A DNA stretch of 64,000 nt from contig JAQULB010000004.1 in assembly GCA_028718785.1 (NCBI GenBank), forward strand, positions 2,525-66,524, written 5' to 3'. The notes beneath the pieces were generated by a model. It was not told where the DNA came from, did not search any database, and was given only the letters and a program-made list of their open reading frames with translations. Origin of the DNA: Minisyncoccota bacterium (lineage in GTDB: Bacteria; Patescibacteriota; Minisyncoccia; Minisyncoccales; CG1-02-41-26). Positions 44,996 through 53,320 of the stretch are shown here, piece by piece; position 1 is the first letter of the stretch; the number at the start of each line of letters is the position of its first letter. Both the position numbers and the translations under genes were made by a program.

Positions 44996-45063
44996 GCGCT
45001 AAAGTTTAAAAACAATATACAACCTATTTAGTTAAAAATCCATTTTTTATAAAAAATGGATTT

Positions 45064-46290
45064 TTAAATTTTCTTTCGACCGTACATACTTAAAAAAAGC
45101 TGGCTGGGAGACCCCATATCAAGTTCTAATTGTTTTTTGGGATCTTGTCCCTCGATAGTTTGAAGAATTTTGTTCCCAAACTGCCTTAAACGAGCTCTCT
45201 CCTTCACTCCATTAAAACAGCTTGCTAACTCCATTAAAATTTTCTCTCCTTTTTGAAAAGGTAAAGAAATTTGGTATGAAATTGGCTCCTTAAAGGAAAA
45301 AACATATTTTATCAAGCCCCGAAATTCTCTCCAGTCAACACCCTCAAATGAGAATCTTCCATTTTTAACCATAGCCAAGGATATTATAGACCGAAGCAAG
45401 TAATCTTGCATCGAATTCAAATGCTCCCTTGATGGTTCCAATGGAATATCGTTCTCCAACCACATTTTCCATTCAGAAATAACAGTTGTTTTTCCAAAAT
45501 GGATTAAGTGGCCTATGTGCGGTTTTGGGGGGCAATCCTTTTGATTAAAATTAACCACAGCCACATGATCAACTCTCCGCCTACCCAAATAATCATCCGG
45601 CAAACAGGGAACCTCAAAAAAATGATCTAGTTCGCCCATTCTTTGAGGTAAATGAATATAAAAACTTGCCCAAGCCAACCAAGTTAGACCAGATAAATAT
45701 ATTCTATACGCCTGACCTTTGGTTGGCAAAAAAGGCAACTCTCCCACTTGATTTTGCAATTCTCTTTTCAGAGCAGAGGTGGCTTTTTCTGCTTTTAAAA
45801 AGTTCTGTGTCCAAATTTGCGGTGTTTGATATAAATCACAACAATCTTGCCAAATAGAAAGCAAATTTGCAAAATTTTTCTCTCCCACAAAGCCATGCTC
45901 TGTTATAATCCGCAACGCTTGGTGTGATTTAACACCAAATAATGTTTTTGGGTTAACCTCCCCTGGCTCTTTTTCTTTTACTAAAAGAGCTAATTGGCGC
46001 AAACTATTGGGAGTAATATTTTTTATATCTCCCCAAGAAACTTTCTCAGAGAACCCTTTGGCCAGCTTACCAAGATAAATTAAAACATCTTTTTCTGTCT
46101 TCCCCAGTCCGCAACGAATAAAAACATTTAAAAGCAACGGCCAAAACGACCACGCCTTAATAACAAATTGCTTAACAAGGATATCAATATCCTCATCAAA
46201 CATTATTTCCATCATCTTAGAAATCCCAAGATCGGTAGGAAAAAGCTCTAACTGCTCGGGCTGACTATTTTTTGTGGCTATTTGATTCAC
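45064..46290 (-). CDS. Hypothetical 408-aa protein with a possible PD-(D/E)XK-like core
   Basis: RRRVDHVAVVNF...TTVISEWKMW fits D-x(n)-ExK. No other family signature was recognised. Confidence 0.4.
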   Translation of the reverse strand: MNQIATKNSQPEQLELFPTDLGISKMMEIMFDEDIDILVKQFVIKAWSFWPLLLNVFIRCGLGKTEKDVLIYLGKLAKGFSEKVSWGDIKNITPNSLRQLALLVKEKEPGEVNPKTLFGVKSHQALRIITEHGFVGEKNFANLLSIWQDCCDLYQTPQIWTQNFLKAEKATSALKRELQNQVGELPFLPTKGQAYRIYLSGLTWLAWASFYIHLPQRMGELDHFFEVPCLPDDYLGRRRVDHVAVVNFNQKDCPPKPHIGHLIHFGKTTVISEWKMWLENDIPLEPSREHLNSMQDYLLRSIISLAMVKNGRFSFEGVDWREFRGLIKYVFSFKEPISYQISLPFQKGEKILMELASCFNGVKERARLRQFGNKILQTIEGQDPKKQLELDMGSPSQLFLSMYGRKKI

Positions 46291-46429
46291 CCCCTTATTT
46301 TTTAGATTAAGTCATTAAATTTTTAAACAGCTTTGTTAAAATCTTGGCACAATAAAAATAAAAAATCAACTTCTTTGTTTTGTTTGACACAAAAGGAACA
46401 AAAGATTAAAATGGCTTCAATAAACAGCT

Positions 46430-49345
46430 ATGCCTCAAAACCAAAATATTGATAAATCCTTCAACAGAACTCAAGATAAACTGCCTCCTCAAAACATACC
46501 AGCGGAAAAATCGCTTTTGGGCTGTTTGATGATTGACCAAGACGCTATTTATAAAGTAGCGGATTTTTTGCAAATAAAGGACTTTTACAAACCAACACAC
46601 CAAATTATTTTTGAGTCCATTATTGAGCTTTTTACCAAAAGAGAACCCGTTGATTTGTTAAGCGTTTCCTCAAAACTCTCAGAATACCAAAAGCTTGAAG
46701 AAACCGGCGGAGCCAGCTACTTAACCGATCTTATCAACACCGTTCCCACAGCCAGCAATGTTTTACACTATGCCAAAATAATTCAAGACAAACGAGTTTT
46801 AAGAGATTTAATTTCTGCTGGTTATGATATTAGCAATTTAGCGCTTCAAGAAGCCGAATCCATTGATATTTTGTTAGACAAAGCAGAAAAAAGAATTTTT
46901 TCCATTGCCCAAAAATCGCTTTCTCAGTCATTCACTCATGTAAAAGATACTTTAGAAGACACTTGGAAAAGAATTGAAGAACTATCAAAACAAAAAGGCA
47001 GCTTGCGAGGCATACCCACTGGATTTCGCGATTTAGACAATATGTTAGCTGGTTTACAGCGCTCTGATTTGGTTATTTTAGCTGCAAGGCCAAGTTTGGG
47101 AAAATGCGTGAGCAAAGACACGGAAATTGTTATGTCAAATCCGGGTGGCGTTTGCACAATAGAAGAGCTTGTTAATAACCAAAAAAGAGAGGTTTTGGGA
47201 TTAGATAGCAATCTAAAAGTTAAACCTCAGTTAGTAAGTGATTTTATCAACAATGGCGTCCAGCCAGTTTTTCGGGTTGAAACTGCGTCTGGTAGAGAAA
47301 TAGAAACCACCATTACTCACCCCTTTTTAACTATTAATGGCTGGACGCCATTAGAAAATATTCGTATCGGCGTAAAAGTAGCTGTCCCCAGAATTATTCC
47401 AGTATTTGGGTGTCAAACTATGTCTGATTGGAAAATTAAATGTCTATCTTATTTTATTGCCGAAGGTGGACTAACTAATAGAAGTCCAAGGTTCACCAGC
47501 GCAAATCCAAAAATTCTGCAGGATTTTGCAGAAAGCGTTAAAATGTTTCCAAATATTAAAATCTCTATAAATAAATCCTCTACTAATAAAAATGAAAAGA
47601 ATATAACCTATCAAGTTGCAAGGGCCAATAAAACGCCTGTTTTGGCTAAAAAAGTATTTGGAGAAAAAATAAAAAAATTAGCAAGAAAATCTAATTTAAC
47701 TCAAAAAGAGCTGGCGAAAAAAACAAGTTTATGCTATCAAAGTATTTCTTATTTTTTGAATGGACATCGTTTGCCGTCAAAAACCCATTTTGCGGTTATT
47801 TTAAACCAGCTTAAAACAACTCAAAACGAAAGAGAAAACTTGACCAACGAATATCAAACACTCTTAAATGAAAATTCTGTCACTAAATGGCTGGAAAGTT
47901 TAGGGTTAATGGGTAAGCTTGCCACTGAAAAATTTATTCCTCGCGAAGTGTTTCACTTAAAGAAAAAAGATTTGTCTTTATTTTTCAATCATCTTTTTGC
48001 TTGCGATGGAAGTTTTTGGCAGAGCAAAAAAGACCTAAAGTACCACCTTTCTTACGCATCAAGCTCAAAAAAAATGATTAGGCAAATTCAACATTTGCTC
48101 TTACGTTTTGGAATAATGGGCACTGTGCGAGAAAAAAGAATCAAAATTAATAACAAAATAAAAATAGCTTACGAATTAGAGGCCCATAATGCTCAAAACC
48201 TTTTAAAATTTATTGATGAGATTGGAATCTATGGAAAAGAAATCAAGCTTCAAAAGGCAAAAAACGAAATCATTAAAACAAAGATCGGTTGGACTCAAGA
48301 CACGCTACCGATTGAAGTATGGAATAAAATAAAAAAGCTTAAAGGAAATAAAAGCTGGGCATCTATTTATACGGCTATGGGTTTGCCACATACACACAAT
48401 ATCCACGCCTTTAAACGCTCTCCCCGCAGAGAAACAATTGAAAGGTTAGCAAAAGCTTTAAACTCTCAGGAATTAAAAGACATTGCCCAAAGCGATATTT
48501 ACTGGGATAGAATAGTTGGTATAAAATATTTGGGTAAAAAACAAGTTTACGATTTAACAGTGCCAAAAATCCACAATTTTATAGCCAATGATTTCTTTGT
48601 TCATAATTCGGCTTTGGCTGTTGATATTGCTAAAAATGTGGCTTGTAAATATAAAATGCCAGTTGGCATATTTAGCTTGGAAATGAGCAAAGACCAAATT
48701 GTTGACCGTTTAATCTCCGCTCAAGCTGATGTTGATTTATGGCGTTTGCGAACTGGAAAACTATCCGACCAAGGCCCAAACAATGATTTTGAAAGAATCC
48801 AAAAAGCCATGGCCGAATTAGCTGACGCCCCTCTCTATATTGACGATGTTTCAAGCAGTAATGTTATTCAAATGCGAGCTATGGCCAGGCGATTAGCAAT
48901 GGACAAAGGCTTGGGGCTTTTAATCATTGACTATTTGCAGTTAATGGAGGGTAGAGGCAACACTGATAATGTTGTTCAGCAAGTTAGCGAAAACTCAAGA
49001 GCTTTAAAATCAATCGCTAAAGAATTAAACATACCAGTTTTGGTTTTAAGCCAGCTTTCCAGAGCTGTGGAGCATAGAATGCCACCCGTGCCTCGTCTTT
49101 CGGACTTGCGTGATTCGGGCGCGGTCGAGCAGGACGCCGATGTGGTTATGTTTATTTACAGGGAGGATCGCTATAAGCCCAACACAGAAAGAAAAAATGT
49201 GGCTGAAATTATCATTGCCAAGCACCGAAACGGGCCAGTTGGCAAAGTTGAACTATATTTTGATGAAACCCGTGTTACATTCCGGGATATGGAAAAAGGC
49301 GCCTACCAAGGAGCTGACACTGAAGAGGAAGAAAGCATTATTTAA
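46430..49345 (+). CDS. dnaB: Replicative DNA helicase DnaB, interrupted by an intein in the P-loop
   Basis: The N-terminal domain has PQNIPAEKSLLGCL. The P-loop junction is AARPSLGK|intein|SALAVDIAKN. SLEMS, IDYLQL, LSQLSR and DLRDSGAVEQDADVV follow. Confidence 0.93.
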   Translation: MPQNQNIDKSFNRTQDKLPPQNIPAEKSLLGCLMIDQDAIYKVADFLQIKDFYKPTHQIIFESIIELFTKREPVDLLSVSSKLSEYQKLEETGGASYLTDLINTVPTASNVLHYAKIIQDKRVLRDLISAGYDISNLALQEAESIDILLDKAEKRIFSIAQKSLSQSFTHVKDTLEDTWKRIEELSKQKGSLRGIPTGFRDLDNMLAGLQRSDLVILAARPSLGKCVSKDTEIVMSNPGGVCTIEELVNNQKREVLGLDSNLKVKPQLVSDFINNGVQPVFRVETASGREIETTITHPFLTINGWTPLENIRIGVKVAVPRIIPVFGCQTMSDWKIKCLSYFIAEGGLTNRSPRFTSANPKILQDFAESVKMFPNIKISINKSSTNKNEKNITYQVARANKTPVLAKKVFGEKIKKLARKSNLTQKELAKKTSLCYQSISYFLNGHRLPSKTHFAVILNQLKTTQNERENLTNEYQTLLNENSVTKWLESLGLMGKLATEKFIPREVFHLKKKDLSLFFNHLFACDGSFWQSKKDLKYHLSYASSSKKMIRQIQHLLLRFGIMGTVREKRIKINNKIKIAYELEAHNAQNLLKFIDEIGIYGKEIKLQKAKNEIIKTKIGWTQDTLPIEVWNKIKKLKGNKSWASIYTAMGLPHTHNIHAFKRSPRRETIERLAKALNSQELKDIAQSDIYWDRIVGIKYLGKKQVYDLTVPKIHNFIANDFFVHNSALAVDIAKNVACKYKMPVGIFSLEMSKDQIVDRLISAQADVDLWRLRTGKLSDQGPNNDFERIQKAMAELADAPLYIDDVSSSNVIQMRAMARRLAMDKGLGLLIIDYLQLMEGRGNTDNVVQQVSENSRALKSIAKELNIPVLVLSQLSRAVEHRMPPVPRLSDLRDSGAVEQDADVVMFIYREDRYKPNTERKNVAEIIIAKHRNGPVGKVELYFDETRVTFRDMEKGAYQGADTEEEESII
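47105..48607 (+). other. Intein (501 aa) with a LAGLIDADG endonuclease and an embedded XRE-type HTH
   Basis: The junctions are GK|CVSKDTEIV and NFIANDFFVHN|S. The LAGLIDADG motifs are LSYFIAEGG and LFACDGSF. The HTH is LTQKELAKKTSLCYQSISYFLNGHRLPS. Both boundaries were checked at nucleotide level. Confidence 0.88.
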
Positions 49346-49416
49346 AATTTTAAATCCTAATTACTAATTTCTAATAAAATATTTGAAAATTTGGCATTTT
49401 ATTTGATATTAGAAAT

Positions 49417-50070
49417 TTGTTATTAGTAATTATCGTGTTGTCTCCTTCAATTGAAAATCTAATAAAAATTTTCGCCAAATTTCCCACCATTGGGCCCAAA
49501 ACAGCGGCTCGTTTTGTTTTTTACTTACTTGACTCCCCTGCTTTAATAAGCGATGAATTGATAAAATCAATCCAAAATTTAAAAACCAACACAAAGGTCT
49601 GTCCTTTGTGTTTTAGGGTATTTGAACCCCTCGCTACGCTCGGGGCAGGCCCCTCCAACGAAAAAAATATTTGTGAAATTTGCGCTAACCCATCTCGGGA
49701 TAAATCTCTTGTTTGCGTTGTGGAAAAAGAAATTGATTTAGAAGCCATTGAAAAAACCGCCACCTACAAGGGCCTTTATTTTATTTTGGGAGGCGTGTTG
49801 CCAATTTTAAAAAAAGAAACTGTTGAGCAAACTCTTACAACAAATGTAGAAAAATTACGCGACCGCGTAAAAATTACACATGAAGTTAAAGAAATTATCT
49901 TGGCTATAAACCCCACCCTTGAAGGCCAAAATACAATTTTATGGCTGAAAAGAAAACTTGAAGGGTGTAATATAAAAATTAGTTGTTTGGCTCAAGGAAT
50001 CCCCTTGGGCGGTGAAATAGAATACGCTGACGAACAAACCATTGAGTCAGCAATACAAAATAGGAGGTAA
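49417..50070 (+). CDS. recR: Recombination protein RecR
   Basis: FPTIGPKTAARF (HhH), a C4 zinc finger (CPLC...CEIC) and a Toprim domain are present. The exact start is uncertain; a GTG at 49435 is possible. Confidence 0.9.
   Translation: MLLVIIVLSPSIENLIKIFAKFPTIGPKTAARFVFYLLDSPALISDELIKSIQNLKTNTKVCPLCFRVFEPLATLGAGPSNEKNICEICANPSRDKSLVCVVEKEIDLEAIEKTATYKGLYFILGGVLPILKKETVEQTLTTNVEKLRDRVKITHEVKEIILAINPTLEGQNTILWLKRKLEGCNIKISCLAQGIPLGGEIEYADEQTIESAIQNRR
49626..49655. repeat. GC-rich palindromic mini-insertion inside the RecR zinc finger
   Basis: CCCCTCGCTACGCTCGGGGCAGGCCCC is read as PLATLGAGPS between the two Cys pairs. It shares TCGCTACGC and GGGCAGGCCC with 20305-20367. Confidence 0.6.
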
Positions 50071-50073
50071 AGA

Positions 50074-50229
50074 ATGCCATACGATGATCTTTTAAAAAAA
50101 TTAGAGGAAGCAAACAAAAAGAAACAAGAGGATGAAAATCCTCCATTTTTGGAGATAGCTTCTTTTCTCGCTACTTTGTGCCTTTCCTTGTTTCATTTAA
50201 TCCCTTGGATGTGTACATGGACTTTCTAA
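50074..50229 (+). CDS. Possible 51-aa protein coupled to recR
   Basis: Hand-found ORF MPYDDLLKKLEEANKKKQEDENPPFLEIASFLATLCLSLFHLIPWMCTWTF. AGGAGG lies 6 nt upstream, inside the recR end, and a terminator follows. Confidence 0.35.
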   Translation: MPYDDLLKKLEEANKKKQEDENPPFLEIASFLATLCLSLFHLIPWMCTWTF

Positions 50230-50251
50230 TCCACATTCCTTAATCAAAAAC

Positions 50252-50280
50252 GGCTCCCTCATGGGAGCTCGTTTTATTTT
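50252..50280 (+). terminator. Intrinsic terminator of the recR unit
   Basis: GCTCCC-tcat-GGGAGC followed by TCGTTTTATTTT. Confidence 0.6.
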
Positions 50281-50316
50281 ACTTTATTTATTTCGTCTAA
50301 AATTACTTTTTATAAC

Positions 50317-50362
50317 AAAAAACTACACTTTCTGTCCCATAGTTCAAAAAGTGTAGTTTTTT
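50317..50362. terminator. Bidirectional terminator-like hairpin downstream of rplU
   Basis: AAAAAACTACACTT-[18 nt]-AAGTGTAGTTTTTT. Confidence 0.5.
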
Positions 50363-50393
50363 GTTTGAAATGTTCTATGTTCTATGGCCTATG

Positions 50394-50729
50394 TTATGCG
50401 ACTTTCGTAATTTCCACCTCGGTAAATTGCTGGCGGTGGCCTTTTTTCACGCTCACCCGCTTTTTTGCTTTATACCTCAAAGCAATAACCTTGTCGGCCT
50501 TGCCTTGGTTTAAAACCTTGCCAACTACCTTGACGCCTTCAACCAATGGAGCGCCAATTACTACTTGGCTCGCCGAAGCTTTAGCGGAGGTGGCGCCTTC
50601 CTTAACGGTAAGCAAAACTTGGTCAAAAATAACTTCTTTGCCAACCTCAGCTTCTAATTTCTCTATTTTTAATTTTTGGCCGGGAGATACAACATATTGT
50701 TTGCCTCCGGTTTTTATAACTGCTAACAT
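50394..50729 (-). CDS. rplU: 50S ribosomal protein L21
   Basis: MLAVIKTGGKQYVVSPGQKLKIEKL is the canonical L21 N-terminus. Confidence 0.92.
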   Translation of the reverse strand: MLAVIKTGGKQYVVSPGQKLKIEKLEAEVGKEVIFDQVLLTVKEGATSAKASASQVVIGAPLVEGVKVVGKVLNQGKADKVIALRYKAKKRVSVKKGHRQQFTEVEITKVA

Positions 50730-50871
50730 AATTTTTAAATTTTTAATTTTGTAATTTTTAAATAATTTTTAATTTCTTAATGTTTAAAAATTCAAAAATT
50801 AATATTTATTTATAAAATTAAAAATTGGAAATTAAAAATTCCAATATATGCATACTTTACACTAATTCGCT

Positions 50872-51966
50872 CTACTGGTCAAGCGTTGGCTTATCTATCG
50901 ATAGTGGTTCTATCTGTCTCTCTCCTTCAGTAATCCTTATTATATCTTTATCAATTTTGCCAAATTCTTTATAAGTAGCGTTATAGCTATTTACCATTGT
51001 GGAAATATTGCCTCCCAACTTTTGCATATAGCTATCAAATGCCCCCAGATGCTTGCTTAACACCTCTACATTCTTTTTTATATCTTTAGCTGACTCTTCA
51101 ATTTTAAAAGCCCGTAAGCCCTGTAAAATGGTTTGTAAATAAGCGTAAAAAGAATTTGGGGATACAATATGCACATTCTTTTCCCAAACAGCATACTCCA
51201 ATAAATCGCGAGTGTTGGCTTTAACAGCGCCAACCTCATTAACCATTAAATCATAATAAATACCTTCAGCTGGTATAAACATTAAGGCAAAATCAAATGT
51301 GCCCTCTTCTGGCCTAATGTATTTTGAGGTTTCGTCGATCCTGTTTTTTAAATCTTGCTTAAAGACCTTTTCTAATTGCTCTTTTTTTGTGGCGTCTTTT
51401 TCGTTGATAATTTTATTGTAATTTTCTAAAGAAAACTTTGAGTCAATGGGAATTATCTTTTCCCCAATAAACAAAGCCGCGTCCACAATTTGCCCATCTT
51501 TAAATTCATACTGCATTTTAAATTGCTTGGGGGTGAAAGCGCTTTCTAAAAGTATTTTCAACGAATACTCTCCCAAAATTCCTCGTTGCTTGGGATTTTT
51601 TAAAATATTTTCTAATGACTGCAATTGTTCTGCAAACCCCATTACTTGCTTGTTTGTGTCATCAAGTTTGGTTAGCTTTTCTGTAACATCGCGCACAATT
51701 TTTGATGTTTCTTTAAGCTGGCTTTCAGTGTGCTCTCTGGTGGTTTTTAATTGATTTTCCAATGACTCAATATTTTTTTCCCTTGTTTGCTTTATTTCTT
51801 CTCGGATGTTTTTTAAATCTTCTTTTAAAACTTTAAAAATTAGCTCCTGATCTTGAGTGTTGTCTTTTTGCCCCACGCTGGCAATTTGCTTTTTTAAATA
51901 AAAAACCAAACCCAAAAACCCAAGCAAAAGCGCGCTTAATAAAATTGTGATGATTGCTTCTATCAT
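50872..51966 (-). CDS. rmuC: DNA recombination protein RmuC
   Basis: It has an N-terminal TM helix, a long coiled-coil, and a C-terminal nuclease-like domain with FALMFIPAEGIYY. Confidence 0.85.
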   Translation of the reverse strand: MIEAIITILLSALLLGFLGLVFYLKKQIASVGQKDNTQDQELIFKVLKEDLKNIREEIKQTREKNIESLENQLKTTREHTESQLKETSKIVRDVTEKLTKLDDTNKQVMGFAEQLQSLENILKNPKQRGILGEYSLKILLESAFTPKQFKMQYEFKDGQIVDAALFIGEKIIPIDSKFSLENYNKIINEKDATKKEQLEKVFKQDLKNRIDETSKYIRPEEGTFDFALMFIPAEGIYYDLMVNEVGAVKANTRDLLEYAVWEKNVHIVSPNSFYAYLQTILQGLRAFKIEESAKDIKKNVEVLSKHLGAFDSYMQKLGGNISTMVNSYNATYKEFGKIDKDIIRITEGERQIEPLSIDKPTLDQ

Positions 51967-51977
51967 ATGTAATATAA

Positions 51978-52053
51978 TGGCGGCCTTACGGGGAATCGAA
52001 CCCCGGTTACTTGATTGAGAATCAAGTGTCCTGGGCCACTAGACGATAAGGCC
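51978..52053 (-). tRNA. tRNA-Glu (anticodon CUC), CCA encoded
   Basis: Folded by hand. The acceptor is GGCCUUA/UAAGGCC, with the D region GUCUAGUGG...AGGAC. The anticodon arm is CUUGA-UUCUCAA-UCAAG, the T arm GGGGUUCGAUUCCCC, and the 3' end is GCCA. Confidence 0.9.
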
Positions 52054-52112
52054 GTCGGGTAAGCCACTAAACTTATTCTATCAAAAATATCAATCAAAAC
52101 AAGTAAAAACGG

Positions 52113-52156
52113 TGGGTTGGTTGATGCCTCTCTGGACATCTTTAACCTCCACCGTT
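52113..52156. terminator. Bidirectional terminator-like hairpin upstream of tRNA-Glu
   Basis: AAAACGGTGGGTT...AACCTCCACCGTTTTTT, with T-runs on both strands. Confidence 0.45.
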
Positions 52157-52173
52157 TTTTCGCAATCGCCACA

Positions 52174-52353
52174 CTAATCAGCAATTTGCGAATTTTCATC
52201 AAGGGGATAAATTTTTGGTTCACTCATAACTCCCCTTGTCTTTACTTTAATTTTTCGCCCACAATTTGGGCACTCTTCCTCCTTGCTTGAATGTGGATCA
52301 ATATAAACCCTAAAAGTATACTCCTTACAATCGCAAGGATATTCTATAGGCAT
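52174..52353 (-). CDS. Possible 59-aa zinc-ribbon protein
   Basis: Hand-found ORF MPIEYPCDCKEYTFRVYIDPHSSKEEECPNCGRKIKV... (CxC...CxxC). It falls one codon below the track cutoff. Confidence 0.4.
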   Translation of the reverse strand: MPIEYPCDCKEYTFRVYIDPHSSKEEECPNCGRKIKVKTRGVMSEPKIYPLDENSQIAD

Positions 52354-52431
52354 AACTAACCCCCTATATGTTATTACCTCACCAAAATTTTCTTAACCCT
52401 CAGCTTTTTTTAACCTCCTTTTGTTAATTAT

Positions 52432-52614
52432 CTATAAACCAATCGCTTCTGCGACAACATATTTACCCCCCACATAAACATAAGGCACACCATTTCTGAA
52501 TACCACATCAGCATTAGTCAATTGAATAGTCGTGGTATTGGAAGTGGTTTCCCCAACGCTACTCCCTTTATTTTTTTTCTTTCTTCTATTTTTTTTCTTT
52601 CTCTTTGATCCCAT
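52432..52614 (-). CDS. Hypothetical small protein with a highly basic N-terminus
   Basis: MGSKRKKKNRRKKKNKG..., with AAGGAG about 12 nt upstream. It is the first ORF after leader 1. Confidence 0.45.
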   Translation of the reverse strand: MGSKRKKKNRRKKKNKGSSVGETTSNTTTIQLTNADVVFRNGVPYVYVGGKYVVAEAIGL

Positions 52615-52679
52615 TCTTTAAATACTCCTTTTTTAATTTATTCTTAGTTAAATAAAATTTTTAAACAACTGCAAAAGCT

Positions 52680-52839
52680 AAAGCCCCCTTCCATAAATTA
52701 CGGAAGGGGGCTGGTTTGAAGTTTTAAAATTTAATTATTTTCAAATCTCAAACTAACTTCCTTCCCGGATTGGGAGCAAATAGTCCATTTAGTGGTGTAT
52801 TGGAAATTAGCTTGAGTCAACATTTTCTTATTTATTTAC
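52680..52839 (-). ncRNA. Candidate structured leader / sRNA 1 (homologous to leader 2)
   Basis: The 5' arm ACTCAAGCTAATTTCC (52817-52802) pairs with the 3' arm GGAAGTTAGTTTGAGAT (52761-52745), with G-U wobbles only on the minus strand. It ends in the terminator AGCCCCCTTCC-9nt-GGAAGGGGGCT (52680-52710). Confidence 0.4.
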
Positions 52840-52845
52840 ATTTCT

Positions 52846-52873
52846 ATAATAGCAAAATAAAAATTGTTGTCAA
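52846..52873 (-). promoter_or_regulatory. Near-consensus promoter TTGACA-16-TATTAT
   Basis: On the minus strand, the -35 is at 52873-52868, inside the upstream terminator stem, and the -10 is at 52851-52846. Confidence 0.5.
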
Positions 52874-52903
52874 TGGCAAAAGTGAAAACTTTTGCCATTG
52901 ACA
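52868..52903 (-). terminator. Intrinsic terminator of module 2
   Basis: TGTCAATGGCAAAAGT-gaaa-ACTTTTGCCATTGACA has a 16-bp perfect stem. A T-rich run follows on the minus strand. Confidence 0.7.
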
Positions 52904-52908
52904 TATTA

Positions 52909-53085
52909 CTATTTCGGCTCTTTCGCTGTTTTACCAACAACAACTACTCCACCTTCGCCAGTCGGAATTTTATCATCATATACTCCTTCAGGCGCTCCGA
53001 ATTCGTCTTTACCACGACTTTTTGCAATAATTTTATTTCTTTCACGAAGAAATTTTTCTGTATATAACATCCTTTTTTCAAACAT
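52909..53085 (-). CDS. Possible 58-aa protein
   Basis: Hand-found ORF MFEKRMLYTEKFLRERNKIIAKSRGKDEFGAPEGVYDDKIPTGEGGVVVVGKTAKEPK. GGGAGG lies 5 nt upstream and a terminator follows. Confidence 0.45.
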   Translation of the reverse strand: MFEKRMLYTEKFLRERNKIIAKSRGKDEFGAPEGVYDDKIPTGEGGVVVVGKTAKEPK

Positions 53086-53121
53086 TTTATCCTCCCATAA
53101 AATTATTTTAACAGTTAGCGA

Positions 53122-53265
53122 TCATTGAGCTAACACTTTAGAAATCTCCTCGTATAAATGGGGGCTGTTAGAGATAAAAAACACGAAACAACCACCCAAA
53201 ATAGTTGCTCTATAATTTACCTTATCTTTTTCCAGTATATCTTTTACCTGCCGAAAAACATGCAT
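53122..53265 (-). CDS. Possible 47-58-aa protein
   Basis: Hand-found ORF MHVFRQVKDILEKDKVNYRATILGGCFVFFISNSPHLYEEISKVLAQ. Upstream TTG/GTG starts extending to 53301 are possible. Confidence 0.35.
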   Translation of the reverse strand: MHVFRQVKDILEKDKVNYRATILGGCFVFFISNSPHLYEEISKVLAQ

Positions 53266-53320
53266 CTGTTGTTTTTCAACCAATAAAACCAAACTAATCA
53301 CCTCGCTTTTAATGTGCTAC

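Noticed and set aside
49085-49145. A sharply GC-rich patch inside dnaB (..CGTCTTTCGGACTTGCGTGATTCGGGCGCGGTCGAGCAGGACGCCGATGTGG..).
   Set aside because: It encodes the universally conserved LSDLRDSGAVEQDADVV motif without any indel or palindrome, so it is not an inserted element. The odd codon choice is noted but left unexplained.
51963-52223. 86-aa minus-strand ORF in the ORF track.
   Set aside because: It overlaps the entire tRNA-Glu gene and a terminator hairpin. A different frame in the same region holds a more plausible 59-aa zinc-ribbon ORF.
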